Origin: an uncultured virus (IMG/VR IMGVR_UViG_2667527966_000006)
Lineage: Duplodnaviria > Heunggongvirae > Uroviricota > Caudoviricetes
Strand: one strand, 5' to 3'
IMG/VR virus record: IMGVR_UViG_2667527966_000006
DNA length: 64,000 nucleotides
Part shown: in pieces, positions 27,472-37,449 of the stretch
Layout: every line of letters begins with the position of its first letter
Position numbering within the stretch: the first letter of the stretch is position 1
Position numbers and translations under genes: made by a program
Notes under the pieces: generated by a model
The model's input: the letters and a program-made list of their open reading frames with translations, nothing else
What the model was told of the DNA's origin: nothing
Databases searched by the model: none

Positions 27472-28572
27472 ATGAAAAACACGTTTGACAGAGCACGCGC
27501 AGCGGAAAACACGTCACAGGAAGCGATCACCTATCTGGATCGGGCATCGCAGATGGATGCCAGGTCGGTCTCGATGCAGGGTGCCGATCTGACTTTCGCC
27601 GACGCATTCATGTTATTCACTCGCTTATCATTATTGATAACTCGCCGCCGGCCAGAGATAGCTGTCCATTGTGTTTTGATACATGTTCTCCCGCATATCG
27701 CTCAGGAAAAAGTAAGTAACCTGAATAGAATAATGGTGAATCAGCTGGTCAACCCGCTGATCCTTGAAGGGAAGATCGTGATGGGTCGCCGTGTTTTTTC
27801 CATCATGAAGCAGTTCCTGGGATGGTGTGCCTTCCAGGGGATTATCGAAACATCGCCCCTGAATGATATGTCGCTGAACAAAGTTGCCGGCGGCGCGAAG
27901 ACGGCCCCGCGGGAACGATGCCTGACGGACGCTGAGGTTTGGGTATTCTGGAATGTCTGGGACTATTTCGACGTATGTCCAGGCACGAAATGGGCGGCAA
28001 GGCTTTGCCTCGTAGCTGCCAGACGTCCAGATGAAGTGCTGCGGGCCAGAGTAAGTGAGTTCGACCTTAAGCTAAATGTATGGAATCAAGGGTCTCGCAA
28101 CAAATCGGCCCGGTCGCACACCCTTCCGATGAGCTCACTGATGCGGAAGTGCGTAGAAGAATTGATTGAATATGGCGCCGGCAGCCAGTGGCTCGTCCCG
28201 TCGAACAAAAAGAAAGCTGATACGCCAATGTCAAAGGTGGCAATAGCCCAGGCGTTGAGGCGGATTCTGGAGCGGCCGGAGCTTGGGGAAGTGGAGTCGT
28301 TTACCCCACGTGATCTGCGTAGAACGGCACGCAGCTACTTTCCAGCCCTTAATATTTCTCAGGAAGTATCACGTAAGATCATGAATCATAGTCTGGAAGG
28401 TATCGACCGTGTATACGACCGATATGACTACATGGATCAGATGCGAGAAGCCCTTGAGAGCTTCTCATCGTACATCTCGTCGATTGTTGAGCAACCAGAT
28501 TTAGAAGAAATTGACCACAAAATGAAGGGAGATCGCCTATCCACCGAGCTGATCAGAGTAAACTTCTCATAG
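27472..28572 (+). CDS. Tyrosine recombinase/integrase
   Basis: 'ARRPDE' (R), 'RDLRRT', 'MNHS' and 'VYDRY' catalytic motifs. Confidence 0.88.
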   Translation: MKNTFDRARAAENTSQEAITYLDRASQMDARSVSMQGADLTFADAFMLFTRLSLLITRRRPEIAVHCVLIHVLPHIAQEKVSNLNRIMVNQLVNPLILEGKIVMGRRVFSIMKQFLGWCAFQGIIETSPLNDMSLNKVAGGAKTAPRERCLTDAEVWVFWNVWDYFDVCPGTKWAARLCLVAARRPDEVLRARVSEFDLKLNVWNQGSRNKSARSHTLPMSSLMRKCVEELIEYGAGSQWLVPSNKKKADTPMSKVAIAQALRRILERPELGEVESFTPRDLRRTARSYFPALNISQEVSRKIMNHSLEGIDRVYDRYDYMDQMREALESFSSYISSIVEQPDLEEIDHKMKGDRLSTELIRVNFS

Positions 28573-28947
28573 CTTTTTAATTGCTTCGACAACCTGCTCA
28601 ACACCATCAGTTTGAGCCGGAAAGCGGTTGCGGAAAGCTGCGAGAACCTCACGTTCTTCCGGAGTCAGCGGCGCGATGCCCTGGTCTCGTAAAAAATCTG
28701 CCAGCTCAGGCTGACGGTCTTCAAGAACCATCATCATGAGACGTACTGGGTCTGCATTCAGTGCTTCTGCCAGTGGTAGCACTTTCTCTACCGGCAGCGG
28801 AATTCTTCCCTTTTTTATCAGGGACAAAATGTTGGGATTCTTGTAACCAATCTCACGGGAGATCGCCGACTGACTTTTCGGCGAAACAGTGATTAAAGAA
28901 TCGATGTAGGCGACGTAACGAGCGGTCTTCTCATCGGCCATTGTCAT
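28567..28947 (-). CDS. XRE-family HTH repressor (no peptidase domain)
   Basis: 'KSQSAISREIGY.NPNILSLIKKG..PLP......LAEAL' HTH; operator A at 28982-28993 upstream. Confidence 0.8.
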   Translation of the reverse strand: MTMADEKTARYVAYIDSLITVSPKSQSAISREIGYKNPNILSLIKKGRIPLPVEKVLPLAEALNADPVRLMMMVLEDRQPELADFLRDQGIAPLTPEEREVLAAFRNRFPAQTDGVEQVVEAIKKL

Positions 28948-28981
28948 TGTAGTTACTATCCTCGTGTGATCTTATTGTATG

Positions 28982-28993
28982 GTAAGTACTTAC
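28982..28993. promoter_or_regulatory. Operator A in repressor control region
   Basis: GGTAAGTACTTACC perfect palindrome. Confidence 0.7.
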
Positions 28994-29220
28994 CGATATT
29001 ACAGCAACGGTTATTATTGTAAAGTCTTACATCCGGCTATTTGTAGGCAATTATCGCACATAAATCACGCGAAATAAGGTATAAATTAATAAAATCCGGT
29101 ACTTCTGTTGATTTTTTTGATTATTTTTGTTTAAGACATTACGATACATTTTTATTAACTTTTATATCAATAGGTAGTACCATCACCTCCAAATGAAACC
29201 TGTTGATTAGGATGCTATTA

Positions 29221-29433
29221 ATGGAAAAATTGTCATCTAATTTACTTGCTCTGAATGTAGGCAATGTTTTCGCGCTGACACACCTGGAAGCTGCAGAAGT
29301 ACTATCTGAGTTACCAAATCACCAGGTAAACGTTAGAGCGCGCGACGCTACTGTTTTCCGGTTCTCCCTGGAAAATGGCTCTTTCACGCTGATCAATACT
29401 GGCGACCTCTCTTTCGCGGTTCGAATCAACTAA
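29221..29433 (+). CDS. Small hypothetical protein
   Basis: 70-aa ORF divergent from the repressor, AGGA RBS. Confidence 0.5.
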   Translation: MEKLSSNLLALNVGNVFALTHLEAAEVLSELPNHQVNVRARDATVFRFSLENGSFTLINTGDLSFAVRIN

Positions 29434-29549
29434 AATTTATAACCCGCCTATAACTCATTGATCCCCTGCGCGAATTGCTTCCTCCCCTGTTCGCGCAGTG
29501 TTATTTTTTTATATCTGAAAACAATTTGTTTACTCGATAAGGAAAGCAC

Positions 29550-31829
29550 ATGGCAACCAAACCCAGCAAAACTGTACTCAAAGAGGTACAGGACTTCCGC
29601 GATTCCGTAAAACGCGTCGTTGGTCTTCTTTCGGGCAAGAATATTCCTGTAGCTGAATGCGGAGACACAGCATACGTTCGCTACAATAAAAAGGGTGAGC
29701 CAGTCATGGTTAACATCCCATCCATACCAGATGACGCAAGCCCTGCGCTTATGAATGCCATACGTGGATTCCTTGATCACGAGGTTGGCCATCTCCTTTT
29801 CACAGACGAAAAAGTCGTCAAGAAAATGCGCAACACAAAGGCATTCGGACTCTGGAACGCCCTGGAAGACGTCTACATCGAACGTCGCATGAGTGAAGTG
29901 TTCACCGGCAGCCGGCGGAACCTATTGTCCACACGTAACCTAATGATTGATAAATATTTTAATCCCCACATTAAAAAGGCGGTAGCGATGTGCCGCGGGG
30001 ATCAACGCGAGTTGTTTCTAAAGTTCTTCCTCTGTCCGGTTCTACGGGCGTGGGATGGCCAACCAACTTTTGCTGATTTCATGGAGGAGCACTGGCGCCT
30101 CATCGATAAACCTATTGCCGTTCTGAAAGAGTTTGGCGTCGATGAAGCTGTCCGTCGTATGGATAGCACTGAGGATTGCGTCAAGGTTGCAGCAGCAATG
30201 GCTAAGATCCTGCGTGAAATGACTGAGATGCCAGAAGGCCCGTTACCTGAACGTGAATCCTCTGTAACCAAAAAGACCGAACCAGAAGAAGACAGTTCAG
30301 ATGAGCCGGCTGCTGGAGACGATACTGAGGTTTGTGACGAAGAGGGGCTCGATAGCACTCCTGATGAGTTTAGCTCTGACGATGAAGATGATGAAAAATC
30401 AGACAAATCGATAAGTAAGTACATACCTAACAGTGATGAAGTAATAAATGATACAGAAAGTAAACCTGACGATGGCGATTTAGGCCATGAAAATGTTGAC
30501 GACTTGCCTGACAGCGAAGAAACGACAGCTGATGATCCTGTTACATCTCTGGGCTCGGATGTAGGGGAAGAAGTAGATGATGAAGGGGATTACAGTCCGT
30601 CCACGGATGATGGCTCAGAGGACAGGCATGGCAGCTCCTCTGATGACAGCGAAGCTATCGAAGACGGTGAAGGTAAGGCAGATAAAGACGGTGGCAAGGA
30701 GAAGGATGAAGGGGATCGGGACACCTCAGATGAAAGCGATGCCGGCTTTGCCCCACACGCTGACGATATGTCTCTTGATGATGCTCTCAAGGCATTAGAA
30801 AACGTCGATGAAGAGATAGGTTCTTCAACCGAAGATGCGCTGGCGTCGGCGATCAAGTCGGAGCTGGCCAGCGCGTCACTATCTGATTACCGGCCATACA
30901 ATCGTTCCTACGACTTCCTGGGGCCAATTGACGAGGCAGAAGAGCATATTAAGCGCGCCAGAAAAGCTTTTGGCGCAATCCCTATGTATTCGCCCGTAGA
31001 TCGCTACCGCATTGTTCCAGAGGGCAGAAAACTGTTTGAGATGAAGGTGGAGAGACATCTGTCTTCCTCGGTGTCATCTACCTTGGCCAAAGACCTGGAG
31101 CGCGCGATCGCCAGTCGTAACCGTGTTCAGTTCATCCCTGGCCAGCGTCGTGGACGCGTACATGGGGCGAGTCTTTACCGACTGTCGATGAATGACGATC
31201 GGGTATTCCGGAGAAAAGAAGACCACAAGGCCGTGAACGCGTGCGTTCAACAGGTCATCGATTTGTCAGGTTCAATGGGCGGTCGAAAAATCGAGCTCGC
31301 GCTGGCATCCGCATACACACTGGCTGACGCCCTAGATCGTATCCACGTTCCGAACGTCATTACCGGCTTCACTACTTATGGCAATCCGGATGTAGCAACT
31401 ATGTCGAAACGTGGGTTTAGCCGCTTTGAAGCGCTTATGCTGCCGATTATTAAAAACTGGCATGAGAAAGCGAACTCCCCAGAGATACGTGCTCGTATGG
31501 GCTGTGTGGCGGAGACTTTCCCCCTGCTAAACAACGTGGATGGCGAGAGCATCGCACAGCTGGCTTCTCTGTTTGCAGGGCGTATGGAAGACAAGAAGAT
31601 CATGATTGTGCAGAGCGACGGCGCCCCATGCGCTGCGGGGGATGGCTTTAGTAACCATCTGCGCTCTGTAACGAATGACATCGAAAACACAAGTGACATC
31701 AACCTGTTGGCCATTGGCATTCTTACGGACGCGCCGCGCCGGTATTACAAAAACTATGCACTGGTGAATAAGGTCGAAGAGTTGGGTACGTCAGTTGTCA
31801 GTGAGTTATCTCGTATCATTTTAGAGTAA
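29550..31829 (+). CDS. CobT-like protein: N-terminal HExxH domain, long acidic linker, C-terminal vWA
   Basis: 'DHEVGH..FT', 'N.LED..IE', MIDAS 'DLSGSM' and 'SDG.P'. Confidence 0.82.
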   Translation: MATKPSKTVLKEVQDFRDSVKRVVGLLSGKNIPVAECGDTAYVRYNKKGEPVMVNIPSIPDDASPALMNAIRGFLDHEVGHLLFTDEKVVKKMRNTKAFGLWNALEDVYIERRMSEVFTGSRRNLLSTRNLMIDKYFNPHIKKAVAMCRGDQRELFLKFFLCPVLRAWDGQPTFADFMEEHWRLIDKPIAVLKEFGVDEAVRRMDSTEDCVKVAAAMAKILREMTEMPEGPLPERESSVTKKTEPEEDSSDEPAAGDDTEVCDEEGLDSTPDEFSSDDEDDEKSDKSISKYIPNSDEVINDTESKPDDGDLGHENVDDLPDSEETTADDPVTSLGSDVGEEVDDEGDYSPSTDDGSEDRHGSSSDDSEAIEDGEGKADKDGGKEKDEGDRDTSDESDAGFAPHADDMSLDDALKALENVDEEIGSSTEDALASAIKSELASASLSDYRPYNRSYDFLGPIDEAEEHIKRARKAFGAIPMYSPVDRYRIVPEGRKLFEMKVERHLSSSVSSTLAKDLERAIASRNRVQFIPGQRRGRVHGASLYRLSMNDDRVFRRKEDHKAVNACVQQVIDLSGSMGGRKIELALASAYTLADALDRIHVPNVITGFTTYGNPDVATMSKRGFSRFEALMLPIIKNWHEKANSPEIRARMGCVAETFPLLNNVDGESIAQLASLFAGRMEDKKIMIVQSDGAPCAAGDGFSNHLRSVTNDIENTSDINLLAIGILTDAPRRYYKNYALVNKVEELGTSVVSELSRIILE

Positions 31830-31925
31830 ATCTTGCGCCCTATAAAATAAGTAACTAGTTACTATAAAGCCTGATACATTCGTATAGAATAGAGCCAAGA
31901 AACGACAACAAGTAAGGAAAAACAC

Positions 31926-33158
31926 ATGACCGCGACTGCGCTACCACAAGACGCCCACTCTGATGCCGTCACCTGCAAATGGTGCGGAAAATCATTCCAT
32001 CACCTCAAATCCCACATTTCGATGGGTCGTTGCGAAGGAATTCCGGAAGAAGCCAAAGGGCTTGGTGTGGATGACGTAGTGAAAATGTACACCACAGCAT
32101 TCCCCGGGGAACCAACGCTGTCTCCAAAGGCCATTGAGGCGTTAAAGAATAAACGCTCTGAGAAGGCTGGCGCAGACGGCAAAATCGCGGATATCAGTTC
32201 CCACCCTGGCTATGCAGGGACAGTCGAATACAAAACAGAGCTTGTCGCCGCGCACGAGCTGCTTGGCCTGACTATCAAGGAACTTGGCACGCCCCGAGGC
32301 AAACCCCTTCAGGTGACGGTCAACATCAACACGCCATATCCGGAGTTCGTGCCAGAAGTGAAAGCCGGCTATGTATACGGCGACTTCGATCTGATTAAAG
32401 ACATCTTCATGATGCTGGAGATCGGCATTCCTGGTTATCTGTGGGGTCATGCTGGTACGGGGAAAACCTCCCTGCCAACCCAGCTTTGCGCGCTCCTGAA
32501 TCGCCCGGTTATCCGCTCACAGCATACGGCATCAACTGAGGAAGCCCATATTACGGGCCAGATTCTGGCGCGAGAAGGCACAACCTACTTTGAACCTGGG
32601 CTTCTGTCGCTGGCGATGAAGAACGGTTGGGTCTATCTGGCAGACGAATACGATTTTGCGTTCCCGCAGATTCTGGGGATCTACCAGCCAGTTCTGGAAG
32701 GCGAACCACTCGTAATCAAAGAAGCGACGCCAGACTGGCGCCGCGTGGCTCCGCATAAGCGCTTCGCCTTCATCGGTACAGGCAACACTAATGGTTCAGG
32801 TGATGAAACGGGGCTTTATCAAGGAACGAACATCCAGAACGCGGCTAACTTCTCTCGCTTTGGCATCGTATCTCACGTCAAGTACATGAAGCCTGGTGCT
32901 GAGGTGAACATGCTGGTTGAAGCGGGAATCATCCGTGAATACGCCGAAAAAATGGTTAAGTTCGCCAATCTGGTACGAGACGGGTATGAGCAACACCTGA
33001 TCAGCCAACCAATCGGCCCGCGTGAGCTGCTTCTGTCCGCAAAAATCGGAATGATGCGAGGTGATTTCGCAGCCGGCATCGAGAAGTCATTCATCAATAA
33101 ACTCCCCTCCACCTCTGCGCAAGCGGCGCGTGAAGTGGTTCAGAAAATCTTCGGTTAA
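31926..33158 (+). CDS. CobS/MoxR-like AAA+ ATPase with N-terminal Zn finger
   Basis: 'CKWC..H..H', Walker A 'GHAGTGKT', 'LADEYD', 'TGNT.G.GD' and 'RF'. Confidence 0.85.
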   Translation: MTATALPQDAHSDAVTCKWCGKSFHHLKSHISMGRCEGIPEEAKGLGVDDVVKMYTTAFPGEPTLSPKAIEALKNKRSEKAGADGKIADISSHPGYAGTVEYKTELVAAHELLGLTIKELGTPRGKPLQVTVNINTPYPEFVPEVKAGYVYGDFDLIKDIFMMLEIGIPGYLWGHAGTGKTSLPTQLCALLNRPVIRSQHTASTEEAHITGQILAREGTTYFEPGLLSLAMKNGWVYLADEYDFAFPQILGIYQPVLEGEPLVIKEATPDWRRVAPHKRFAFIGTGNTNGSGDETGLYQGTNIQNAANFSRFGIVSHVKYMKPGAEVNMLVEAGIIREYAEKMVKFANLVRDGYEQHLISQPIGPRELLLSAKIGMMRGDFAAGIEKSFINKLPSTSAQAAREVVQKIFG

Positions 33159-33160
33159 TC

Positions 33161-33364
33161 GTGCGTAAAGGTTGTTTTGGATCTCTTATCGCAGCTTCTG
33201 AAACTGGCGCGGCCTGTTTGTCATGCGCTCACAGGCCTGACTGCCACCAGGCAGCCAAAGGAGTTGCGATTTCGATATACGGGAAGTTCGTCGGCTTCCC
33301 CAACGACAAAATTAAGAAAAAACAGAAGGTAAAAACACATGAAAGCACTGATGGTCAGGACTGA
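33161..33364 (+). CDS. Small Cys-rich protein
   Basis: 'GCFG......C..C.....C'; GTG start. Confidence 0.5.
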   Translation: MRKGCFGSLIAASETGAACLSCAHRPDCHQAAKGVAISIYGKFVGFPNDKIKKKQKVKTHESTDGQD

Positions 33365-36300
33365 TTTTTCCCTGGGAGAATCAGCACTGAAAGCAGAGCA
33401 CGCAGTAAAGGTGGCAAAGGAGGCTGGCTATACCGCGGTTATCTCTGCTGACACGATGAATATCGCCAGCGTTATCCCCCTGCAGCGAGCAGCTGGCGAT
33501 GAGATGGCGGTGATCTGTGGTGTTAAGCTGAATGTTGTCGACGATCCAACATACGAGTACCGGGCTAAACTGGCTAAAGAGTCTAATGGATGTATGGAAT
33601 CATTGGAGCGTGGACGTAACTACTGCTTCACCGCACTGATTAAAAACGAGCAAGGTTATCGCGACATTTGCGAACTAATGACTTTAGCCAATACCCGCGA
33701 GCAGTTTTACTTCGTGCCACGCCTGGCGCTCGACCAGTTGGCAGCTACTTACGCTAAAGGCAATATACTGTTGCTGACTTCGGATATCGGCAGCGTATTC
33801 CAGCGCCCGGACTTCGCTAAAATTATTAGCGCGCTGATTACTGCCGGCGGACGCGAGAATTTCTACAGCGTAGTTTATCCGCACCCTACGCCATTCTATG
33901 ACCAGATCAACGTGCGAGCCATGAAAGTGGCAAGCGCACTGAAAATCGAGCCCGTTGCGTTTTACCCAGCTTATTACGAAGGGGTTGATGACGCTGATAT
34001 CAAAGACATCGCCCACATGGTGATGAACAATATCAAAGTCGATCAGCCACACCGGCTGCGTATCCCCCACCAGCGCGACAATGCAATAAATGGTCGTCGT
34101 CATCTGCTGCAGGCTCTGAAAGAGTTTTCTGTCCGTATGGGCGTATCTGTGTCTGCCGCCATGGCTTCTACAACGCAGGACTCCATTGTTAAGGCGTGCG
34201 AATGGCGCTGGCACGAGATGGCGCCGGCGCTGCCAAAAATGGCAGACGATGAGCCTGCAACGTTGATGAAACTGGCTGTCGCAGGGCTTCGAAAACGTCT
34301 CAGCAACAAAGAATTTGGCTACACGCCACCAGCTTCCGAGCACCGCGTTTACGTCGATCGCCTCAAGTATGAAATGGAGACGCTCACTCGCCTGGGATTC
34401 TGCGGTTATTTCCTGATGGTTCGCGATCTGATGAATCATAGTCGCGAGACAGGTATTCCGGTCGGGCCAGGTCGTGGTTCATCCGCCGGCTCTCTGGTGG
34501 CATGGTGCATCGGCATTACCAACGTTGACCCTATCCGTCATGGCCTGCTGTTCGAACGTTTCATTAACCCTGAACGTCTCGACTTGCCGGATGCTGATCT
34601 GGACTTTAGCCAGGCCCGGCGCCATGAGGTGATCGAGTATCTGAATGCCCGATATGGCGAAGAGTATGTTGCAGGCATTCCGAACTTCACTTATCTGGGC
34701 GCCGCTTCCGCGCTGCGCGACACAGCTCGTATTTATGGCGTCGATGCGGCTGATATGGCTGTTTCCAAGGAGCTAAAGACCCTGGAGGATGACAGTCTGT
34801 CTCTGTCGGAGCTGCGTGAGCAGCTGGCCAGCCTGGACAAATACGCCACCAAACATCCGGACGCATTTAAGGCGGCGAGCAAGTTGCAAAACCTGATGCG
34901 TGGCTTCGGCCGTCATGCTGCAGGGATGATTGTCGCTGGCGTACCTCTGACGGAACGTACCCCTGTAGAGCGACGTGGAGACGCGCGTTGCATCGCATTC
35001 GATAAACGATACTGCGAGGCCATGGGGTTAATCAAACTGGACGTTCTGGGCCTGGCCACTCTCGATCTGCTGGATAGCGCAAAACGTTACATCAAAGAGA
35101 GCACCGGTAAGGACATCAACCTCGATGCCATCCCACTGGATGATCGCAAAGTACTTGATGGATTCGCCGCGGGGTATACGCAAGGTGTGTTCCAGCTTGA
35201 GTCCGGCCCCATGAGGAAGCTACTCAAAGATCTGGGTGGTGGTATCGAGCCAATGAGCTTCAAAACCGTTGTGGCCACAACTGCGCTTTTCAGACCAGGT
35301 CCAATTCAGTCAGGCATGTTGGACGACTATGTTGCTGTGGCCAAGGGCTTCATGCCACCGCAATCACTTCACCCGGTACTTGACGAGCTGACTGCTGAAA
35401 CAAACGGCGTCATTCTCTATCAGGAGCAGACGATGAACGCTACGCGACTGCTGGCTGGCTTTACCATGGCCGAAGCTGATGGCGTGCGTAAGGCGATCGG
35501 CAAGAAGGATATGGAAAAGATGAAGAGCATGGGCGAGAAATTCATCGTTCAGGCTCAGGCTGGGTGGATCGACGTCGTTATGGAGGATGGCACGGCGCAG
35601 CGCATACACCGCGCAGAACATTTTAAATGTGAAGATGGCAAGTTGCGGACAGTAGAAGAGGCACTGGATGCCGGCGTTAAGCTGCCGATGGCAGTTGTTA
35701 GCGTGACAGGGTCACATCCTGGGTTATCTGAAACAAAAGCCAGTGAAATCTGGCAAGCCTTTGAGAAGAACGGTGCGTACCAGTTCAACAAATCTCACTC
35801 AGTAGCGTATTCGTTGATCAGCTATCAATCCATGTGGCTGAAAACGCATTTCCCTGCAGAGTTCTTCGCCGCAGCGCTCACCATTCTTGGCGAGGACAAG
35901 CACCAGGGACTGGTAAAGGATGCTTTAACCTATGGCATCCGCGTACTGCCACCCGACATTAATATGTCCTCGAATCGCATCGAGATCCGCACGCTCGAAG
36001 ATGGCAGCCAGGTACTTTACGCCCCGTTCTCTGCGGTTAAAGGATGTTCTGAAAATGGGTGCCAGGCAATTATGCGAGCGCGTGAGAAAGTTGGTGGCAA
36101 GTTCGAGTCGCTGGCGCAATTTGAGGAAGCGGTCGAGAAGCGAGCCTGTAACAGCCGAGTACGTGAGTCTCTACAAAAGGTTGGTGCATTCGCCTCTATT
36201 GAACCTGGCAGTATGCCGGCGACCGATCCGGAACGTCTGCGCGATCAGGCAGAGCTGATGGGCAATCTGGTGATCGATGCGGTGAAAGCTTCACGCCCAT

Positions 36301-36857
36301 TTGAAATGAACCCAAAACGCTCTGCAGAGGTCAATGTGCTGATGACTCGCATGGCCGCAGAAATGGGTCTGGGCGATGAGTTGATACGACCAAGCATCGG
36401 CATTAAGCCAAAAATTATGGTCATACTCGACAATGCCAATGGCAATGATGCACGTACCGGCTACTTCATGGAGAACGGCTACGATGACTTCAAAGCCAAG
36501 TTGCTGGTTTCTGGTGACCTGCGTATGGGTGATTTGTATGTCACTGGCGTGTGTAAAAAGGTAAAGGATAAGGAAAAAGACTACACCAAAGATGAGATCG
36601 GCCAGTTTATCGACTTTATGCGGGAAGAGATAAATCTGGTTCGTCCAACCTACGTGCTGACGTGCGGCAGCCGGGCGACATCGCTGTTTAACAATAAGAG
36701 CAAGCCATCCGATCTTGTTGGGCGCAAAGAATATCTGCCAGACCTGGACGTGACCGTGTTCTATGGATTTAACCCGAATATTTTGTACTTCCGTCCAGAG
36801 GAAGGAGAAAAGCTGGAAGCCATTCTGGCAGAGGTAGCGGAGACTATTAACAAATGA
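33339..36857 (+). CDS. dnaE: DNA polymerase III alpha subunit with C-terminal UDG-like domain
   Basis: PHP-like N-terminus; 'GPGRGSSAGSL', 'FERFINPER..LPDADLDF', 'HAAG', 'KLDVLGL' and 'YQFNKSH'. Confidence 0.95.
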   Translation: MKALMVRTDFSLGESALKAEHAVKVAKEAGYTAVISADTMNIASVIPLQRAAGDEMAVICGVKLNVVDDPTYEYRAKLAKESNGCMESLERGRNYCFTALIKNEQGYRDICELMTLANTREQFYFVPRLALDQLAATYAKGNILLLTSDIGSVFQRPDFAKIISALITAGGRENFYSVVYPHPTPFYDQINVRAMKVASALKIEPVAFYPAYYEGVDDADIKDIAHMVMNNIKVDQPHRLRIPHQRDNAINGRRHLLQALKEFSVRMGVSVSAAMASTTQDSIVKACEWRWHEMAPALPKMADDEPATLMKLAVAGLRKRLSNKEFGYTPPASEHRVYVDRLKYEMETLTRLGFCGYFLMVRDLMNHSRETGIPVGPGRGSSAGSLVAWCIGITNVDPIRHGLLFERFINPERLDLPDADLDFSQARRHEVIEYLNARYGEEYVAGIPNFTYLGAASALRDTARIYGVDAADMAVSKELKTLEDDSLSLSELREQLASLDKYATKHPDAFKAASKLQNLMRGFGRHAAGMIVAGVPLTERTPVERRGDARCIAFDKRYCEAMGLIKLDVLGLATLDLLDSAKRYIKESTGKDINLDAIPLDDRKVLDGFAAGYTQGVFQLESGPMRKLLKDLGGGIEPMSFKTVVATTALFRPGPIQSGMLDDYVAVAKGFMPPQSLHPVLDELTAETNGVILYQEQTMNATRLLAGFTMAEADGVRKAIGKKDMEKMKSMGEKFIVQAQAGWIDVVMEDGTAQRIHRAEHFKCEDGKLRTVEEALDAGVKLPMAVVSVTGSHPGLSETKASEIWQAFEKNGAYQFNKSHSVAYSLISYQSMWLKTHFPAEFFAAALTILGEDKHQGLVKDALTYGIRVLPPDINMSSNRIEIRTLEDGSQVLYAPFSAVKGCSENGCQAIMRAREKVGGKFESLAQFEEAVEKRACNSRVRESLQKVGAFASIEPGSMPATDPERLRDQAELMGNLVIDAVKASRPFEMNPKRSAEVNVLMTRMAAEMGLGDELIRPSIGIKPKIMVILDNANGNDARTGYFMENGYDDFKAKLLVSGDLRMGDLYVTGVCKKVKDKEKDYTKDEIGQFIDFMREEINLVRPTYVLTCGSRATSLFNNKSKPSDLVGRKEYLPDLDVTVFYGFNPNILYFRPEEGEKLEAILAEVAETINK

Positions 36858-36871
36858 ATAAAGGAAAACAC

Positions 36872-37297
36872 ATGAGCGCAGCGGATAAAATTGCTCAAGA
36901 GCTCACAGCAATACCACAGGAGTTTCAGGAGAATGCGATTGAAGCCACTCTGCGATCCCAGTTCTGGGAAATCATTGACTGCCCTGTCACGCTCGATCTG
37001 GCATTGGCGTTTGCAAAGCAGGATGGCGCCGACCCTATTTGTCGATTACGGAAATGCGCGCGGGCGCTGGCATTAAAAACGCAAGATCCAAAGGCGTGCC
37101 AATATCTGCTGGAGATTTATGAATCTGACAAACCAGAAGAAGAGCTGGCTTCATTTAAAGCGTTCCGTGCCCGTCTTGTCCTGAAGGTGGCCAAGGAGTT
37201 CATGGAGGTGAGCAAGATAGGCGACGTCAGAAGATACCGGCTTAAGAGGCAGACCAGAGTCACTCTATCAAACATTTTCGGTAGAAAAGTAGCATAA
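36872..37297 (+). CDS. Hypothetical protein
   Basis: AAGGAAAACAC-ATG start; 141 aa. Confidence 0.6.
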   Translation: MSAADKIAQELTAIPQEFQENAIEATLRSQFWEIIDCPVTLDLALAFAKQDGADPICRLRKCARALALKTQDPKACQYLLEIYESDKPEEELASFKAFRARLVLKVAKEFMEVSKIGDVRRYRLKRQTRVTLSNIFGRKVA

Positions 37298-37298
37298 A

Positions 37299-37323
37299 GA
37301 AACCCGCCATATGGCGGGTTTTC
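37299..37323. terminator. Rho-independent terminator
   Basis: AAACCCGCC-atat-GGCGGGTTTT. Confidence 0.8.
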
Positions 37324-37449
37324 TCATGGAGTTAGTAGAGAAGCCGTCCAGATCTAACGACCTTTAACTCCTTCCAATAATCCTTCCAAACTGACTACTC
37401 AGGCTCAGGCCGTCATCGTTATCGCAGCGGATAGATTACCGAAATGAAA

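Noticed and set aside
28937..28944. GCCATTGT match between ncRNA loop (21957-21964) and the repressor start region
   Set aside because: An 8-nt match is expected by chance in 64 kb; not enough to claim targeting.
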